Of a DNA stretch of 64,000 nt, positions 57,600-64,000 are shown one piece after another. The stretch lies in assembly GCF_009914755.1 (NCBI RefSeq), contig NC_060927.1; one strand, 5' to 3'. The number at the start of each line of letters is the position of its first letter. Positions within the stretch are counted from its first letter, which is position 1. The notes below the pieces were generated by a model that searched no databases, was not told the origin of the DNA, and saw nothing but the letters and a program-made list of their open reading frames with translations. The translations under genes and the position numbers were made by a program. This DNA comes from the human T2T-CHM13v2.0 reference genome, Homo sapiens.

Positions 57600-57785
57600 T
57601 TTTAGTTCCCCAAACATGTATCAAGTGCTTAAGTTATTCACTGAGCACCTACTATGTGCCAGGCATTATTCTAGGTGTTGGAAGTAGAGCCATAAAACAA
57701 GATGGACAAGATTCCTGTTGTCTCACAGAGCTTATAACCTAATGGGAGAAGACAGACCATTAGAAAGCAAACAAACAAATAAACG
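57600..57785. mobile_element. L2 3'-end fragment; continues at about 59105-59650 and 59870-60480
   Basis: 'ttattcactgagcacctactatgtgccaggcattattctagg..cacagagcttataacctaatgggagaagacagac'. Confidence 0.85.
57653..57738 (-). other. CLRN1: CLRN1 L2-derived poison exon (G-YKLCETTGILSILFYGSTSNT*)
   Basis: TCTGTCTTCTCCCATTAG acceptor (AG 57740-57739); in-frame TAG at 57673-57671; donor probably ATA|GTAGGT at 57652 (uncertain); matches a recalled 30-aa isoform. Confidence 0.65.
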
Positions 57786-58257
57786 TGATAGCTTATCTCC
57801 AAAAATGGCCACAATCAATGCTTTTCCCCCTTTTACGCATGTGTCACTTCTCATTTAAGTGACACTTCTCATTTTTCTCCAATGCCTTTGAACTTGGATT
57901 GGCCTTCGATTGCTTTGACCTCCTGAATATGGCAGCAGAAGTACATTGTGCCAGTTCCAGGCCTGTTTGATAAGAGAACCAGCAGTCTCTGCTTTTTTTT
58001 CTTTTGGAAGCTTGAGTTGCCAAGAAGTCCAGGCTACTCTTCTGGAGAGAAAGGCTGCCTGGAGGAGCACTGAGGCACCAGACACACAAGGGAAGAAGCT
58101 GTCCTGGATGTCAAGCCCAGAAAAGATGACTCCAACCCAGTTGCTATGTAACTGCAACAGTTAGGAGAGACCCTATCAAGAACTGTCCGGGTGAATTAGT
58201 AAATTTTTGTTTTAAGCCCCTGAACTTTATAGGAGAGCTGTTATCCAGCGGTATCAA
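57786..58257. mobile_element. MaLR LTR (MLT1-like) inserted in the L2
   Basis: 'ccaaaaatggccac..ttgctttgacc..ggcagcagaagt..tgtgccagttccaggcct..tttgttttaagccc'. Confidence 0.75.
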
Positions 58258-59098
58258 TGACAGAAGTGTAGAAATTTTAGGCAGACGGGGCAGGTCCCTG
58301 GAAAAACCTCACTTTTGAGCTGAAAAGCCTGAAACCTGCAGCCCAAAGTGAGAACTTCCATCCCTGTGTGCCCGCTCTTTCCCAATTGGTTCTTTATGAA
58401 TAATGTCTTTTTACCAATAGAATGTTGCCTTTTCCAAAATTATGTATGGCCTGCCCCACCACCTATCCTCTGCCTATAAATACCCCAGACTCAGCCAGTA
58501 GAGAGGAGAAGTGGCTGGACATCAGAGAGAGGAAACTTGACTTCAGAGATGGTGGCTGGACATTGGAGAGATGTGACTTGACTTCAGGGGAGAGTGACCT
58601 GCCCTTCCCATTCCCTTTTCAGCTTCTCTCTCTGCTGAGAGCCACTTTCATTGCTAATTCTCTGCATTCACCATCCTTCAGTTCATCTGTGTGACCCCAT
58701 TCTTCTTGGGCACCAAACAAGAATTCAGGATGCACAAATTGTGGGTACCCAAAAAGACTGTCACCCTGGCCCTTTGCCCTCACTGGCAGAGGGCAGCCAC
58801 CCTACACGATGAAGCAAAGGGCCCACTGAGCTGACAACACACTGCTGTCCACAGATGGCAGAGCTACGAGAGCATTGTAACACACCCTCTGGGGCCCTGG
58901 GGTTGCAGGCACCCCTACCTGGTTGCTGCTGCAGGGCCTGCATGGAGTTTACTCCTCACAGCACTAAAGCAGCCAGCTGGTTCCTGCACTCGTTCACTCG
59001 TGTGCTCCCTCCTGCAAGAGGTTGAGCAGGGCAGGCTGAGTAAATGGGGTACCCCTGTTGGGAGTCCCATGAAGGGGTCAAGAAAATAGCCTGCATCA
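58258..59098 (+). mobile_element. solo ERV1-class LTR (LTR1/LTR27/LTR28/MER52-type group), antisense to CLRN1
   Basis: TG...CA termini; CCAAT boxes near 58382 and 58414; TATAAA at 58475-58480; internal 'gtggctggacat..gacttcag' repeats. Confidence 0.8.
58919..59090 (-). CDS. CLRN1: CLRN1 LTR-derived alternative exon: 172-nt frameshifting cassette; also carries the ATG (58943) of the MQALQQQP-V isoform
   Basis: CAG acceptor at 59092-59091; CAG|GTAGG donor at 58918; ATG..CCA G joins the next exon in frame as MQALQQQPVFPDLL; matches recalled alternative isoforms. Confidence 0.8.
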
Positions 59099-59674
59099 AC
59101 AACAAGATAGTTTCAGATAGTGATACATATGATGGAGAAATAAAATAGGGTAATGGGATTTTGAGTGATCTCTGAGTGGATGGGCATGGTCAGGAAAGTG
59201 AAACGAGCTGACACCTGAATGTTGAGAAGGAAATCACCCTTTAAAGATCTACAGAAAGAACTTTCCAGGGAAAAGAAGCACAACTGAGGCAGGAATGAGC
59301 CAGTGCAGTGGAGCCTGGTGAATGGTGGGGAGGCAGAAGTGGGATTATTGTGCTGGGAACAGATTGTTGTACCCACTGGATCCTGGCCTGGTGACCATGG
59401 CGAGGAGTTGGCTTTTTATTCTAAATTTATTAGGAAGCCACTAGAGAATTTTAAGTAGGAGAGGAACACAGTCTCCTTCATAATATTAAAAGATCATTCT
59501 GAATGCTGAATAGTGATCACAAGGGGGTGGGGAAGAACAAATGTCCAGAGATCTAAGGGAGGCTATTTTCAGAGGGGAGAGATGGGGGCTGGCCTACGGT
59601 GGGAGAGGTTGTCAGATTTGGGATACATTTTGGAGATGGAAGATAGGACTTGTTTAAAAAAAAAAAAGAATCCA

Positions 59675-59864
59675 GGCCGGGTGCGGTGGCTCACGCCTGT
59701 AATCCCAGCACTTTGGGAGGCCGAGGCGAGTGGATCACGAGGTCAGAAGACTGAGGCAGGAGAATTGCTTGAACCCAGGAGGCAGAGGTTGCAGTGAGCC
59801 AAGGTCCCACCACTGCACTCCAGCCTGGGCAACAGAGTGAGAATCCGTCTCAAAAAAAAAAAAA
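59675..59864 (+). mobile_element. Alu with a large internal deletion
   Basis: left arm 'gatcacgaggtcag' fused directly to right arm 'gactgaggcaggagaattgc'. Confidence 0.92.
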
Positions 59865-60094
59865 GAAGAGTCAAGGATTACTTCAAATTTTTTGTCCTGA
59901 GCAACTGAATAAATGGTGATGCTGTTAACTGAGATAGACTAGTAGAAGAGACAGGCTTGGGCCCCAGGATGGGAAGTGATGCAAGAGTTCTGTCTTAGAT
60001 ATTTTACGTTTGAGTTACCTTAAAACCTCCAAGTAGAAATGTCAAATAGGATTTATGTTTCTGGAGGTCCAGGGAGAAGACTGGGGTGTTAAAG

Positions 60095-60258
60095 AGGACT
60101 GGGGCTAGGGTAAGGCAAACAAGGTGCCTAGGGTGGAAAAGGTAAGGTGGTAGTCACCCTCCAGGGCCAGTCCTGCACTTGCATGGGCCTGATAAAGAAT
60201 GTTTCCTTAAACTTTATGTGCTAGGTGCCTCAATGACCTCTCCCTAGTCCTAGCCCTA
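60095..60258. mobile_element. small MITE with imperfect TIRs (hAT-like), inside the L2
   Basis: ggactggggctagggt ... ccctagtcctagccct inverted ends. Confidence 0.55.
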
Positions 60259-60789
60259 GTATTTAAACCCATTGGAACAGACATCCCAAGGAGATGAACC
60301 CAGGGAGAAGCTGTAGTTCAAGAGAGAAGCCCTGGGGCTCCCCCATGTCTACAAGCACAGAAGAGGAGAAAACCCAACCAAGAAGACTGGGAAAAGAGTG
60401 ATTTGTGAATTAGGAGCAGACCCATGAGTGAGACAGCAGGGAAGCAAATGGAAAAAAATGTTTCAAGGAGGAGTAAGTAGTCATCTGTACAAATGCATGC
60501 CTCATGGCCACAACACTCTACTCCTGACCACATGCTGGAAGGGGGCCAGGAGAGAAAGTTTCATTGGGTCAGAACAAGCCCTTTGCCACCGCTGGATGTA
60601 ATTAACTAACTACATATGTACATACATGAAATAAGCTTAGTGCTATCCAATAGGGAGCATCCTCTTCGTAAATACAGAGGTGTTTGGATCCTGATGGTGT
60701 TTACCAGTGTCCTCACTCAGGAGTCATGGCCAGGTCATTTGACTGCTGATGTTTAGTTGCACTACATTTCCTTTATCTTCTCACAATCA

Positions 60790-61270
60790 GAAAAATGCAC
60801 ATTAAAACTTTGAGATACCATTTTCAATACATCATGTTTACAAAGATGAAAGCATTTAGCAATATCCTGTGTTAGCTAGGGTATGGGGAAATGGGGACCC
60901 TTGTGCATTTTTCTTGGGAGTGTAAATTGTTATAACCTCCTTTGAGGCAGCTGGGCAATCTATAAAGCATTAAAATGCACATACCCTTTAGCTCAGCAAT
61001 TTAACTTTCAGGATTTTATCCTATGAATATTTTTGCACATGAATCCACTAAAGTATTACAAGGATATTCATTGCAGCATTTCTTGATAATAAGAGGTTGG
61101 AAATAACGTACATGTTTAGCAGTAGCATATTCATACAATGGAATATTAGTCAATGATTACAAAGAATGAAGCAAATCTATAACAACATGTATGGAATTAT
61201 TCATCAAAATGTGATGTGAGGTGAAAAAACAAGCCAAATAAATGAAGACATATGTGCACCACTCTGCTAT
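60790..61270 (+). mobile_element. old L1M ORF2-end/3' fragment
   Basis: 'ttgggagtgtaaattg..cagcaatttaactttcagga..ggatattcattgcagcatt..catacaatggaatatt'. Confidence 0.7.
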
Positions 61271-61801
61271 TTGGGAAAAAAGCCAAAAGGGAATGTGAAT
61301 AATAATAAATATTAATAGTTATTTAAGCACTTATCTGATTTAATTCTCTCAACAGCCCTATGAGGTAGGTACCATTATTAAAAACTGAGGCACAGAGGCA
61401 TGTACCATGACCAAGATTTATACTTAGTGAGTGGCATAATAGGAATTTGAATTCATGTTCTCACTCTTAACCACCTTGTTACAGCCACCTTAGGGACTGG
61501 CATGTGTGTCTAGGCAGAGACTATTTGTACAAAAGTGGTAACATTGCTTCTGGGAAGGGAGACTAAGGAACAGCTCACTATGTACCTTTTTGTACTAAAT
61601 TTTTTTTTTTTTACTTTTCTGCAAGCATTGTCTATTCAATGAATACAAAAATACTTTTTTTTAATAATTGGAAGGATAAACGAAGACATAAAAATTCCGA
61701 AGACTGTAATAGATTAAAAGAAATTTAAGAGACATATTAATAAAATGTAATGTATGGCTATTGTTTCTGAATCTGGTTTGTGATTTGAACAGACCATTTC
61801 T

Positions 61802-62055
61802 TTTTTTTTTTTTTTTCTTTTTTCACTTTTTATTTTTTTATTTTTATTTTTTATTATTATACTTTAAGTTTTAGGGTACATGTGCACATTGTGCAGGTTA
61901 GTTACATACATATACATGTGCCATGCTGGTGCGCTGCACCCACTAACTTGTCATCTAGCATTAGGTATATCTCCCAATGCTATCCCTCCCCCCTCCCCCC
62001 ACCCCACAACAGTCCCCACAGTGTGAGGTTCGCCTTCCTCTGTCCATGTGATCTC
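61802..62055 (-). mobile_element. short, heavily 5'-truncated young L1 (L1PA2-like)
   Basis: L1 3'UTR with young-subfamily states (GAGATCAC, TTGGGAGAT, GCTAGAT, GCAGCGCACC); perfect direct repeat atttgaacagaccatttct at 61783-61801 and 62056-62074. Confidence 0.95.
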
Positions 62056-62216
62056 ATTTGAACAGACCATTTCTAAGAAGACGATTTTGAGATAGCGAGG
62101 GAAAATTGGACATGGACTGAGTATTAGATGATATTTTATCATTGTTATAGATTTTATTGGTTATGTTAATGGTGTTGTGGTTGCGCTTTTAAAAGTCCTT
62201 ATTGGTTAAAAATGAT

Positions 62217-62250
62217 ACGGATGAATGGATGGCTGGATGGCTGGATGGAT
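62217..62250. repeat. degenerate (TGGA)n
   Basis: direct reading. Confidence 0.8.
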
Positions 62251-62264
62251 AGATAAAGATAAAA

Positions 62265-64000
<1,736 letters not shown>

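Noticed and set aside
60620-60765. Possible additional CLRN1 non-coding cassette exon (GTATGT donor near 60625)
   Set aside because: The candidate acceptor lacks a pyrimidine tract; cannot be supported from sequence alone

Overview
Human (primate) genomic DNA, not prokaryotic. I recognise it from the encoded proteins as the CLRN1/MINDY4B locus (3q25.1). Two genes lie in tandem on the minus strand. The right half (about 41.2-64 kb) holds the 3' part of CLRN1 (clarin-1, Usher syndrome 3A): the 180-nt middle coding exon, the terminal coding exon with its 3'UTR, and several alternative exons. Its first main coding exon is beyond the right edge. The left third (0.45-20.5 kb) holds coding exons 1-8 of MINDY4B (FAM188B2), which splice into one continuous frame by GT-AG rules; the rest lies beyond the left edge. 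The remainder is intron or intergenic DNA rich in Alu, L1, L2, MIR, MaLR/ERVL/ERV1 LTRs and DNA-transposon MITEs. Notable points: (1) a nested L2/MLT1/ERV1-LTR stack supplies CLRN1 alternative and poison exons and the acceptor for a latent cryptic donor; (2) the MINDY4B catalytic motif is degenerate (GGPC to GGAR) and bracketed by inverted Alus; (3) a phase-0 internal CLRN1 donor is frame-compatible with MINDY4B exons; (4) a template-switch scar at about 51.7-52.3 kb; (5) a 3'-truncated L1 with a perfect TSD and no poly(A); (6) very young AluY and L1PA2-like insertions. I found no convincing wholly new system. Repeat subfamily names are from memory of consensus sequences and need RepeatMasker confirmation.
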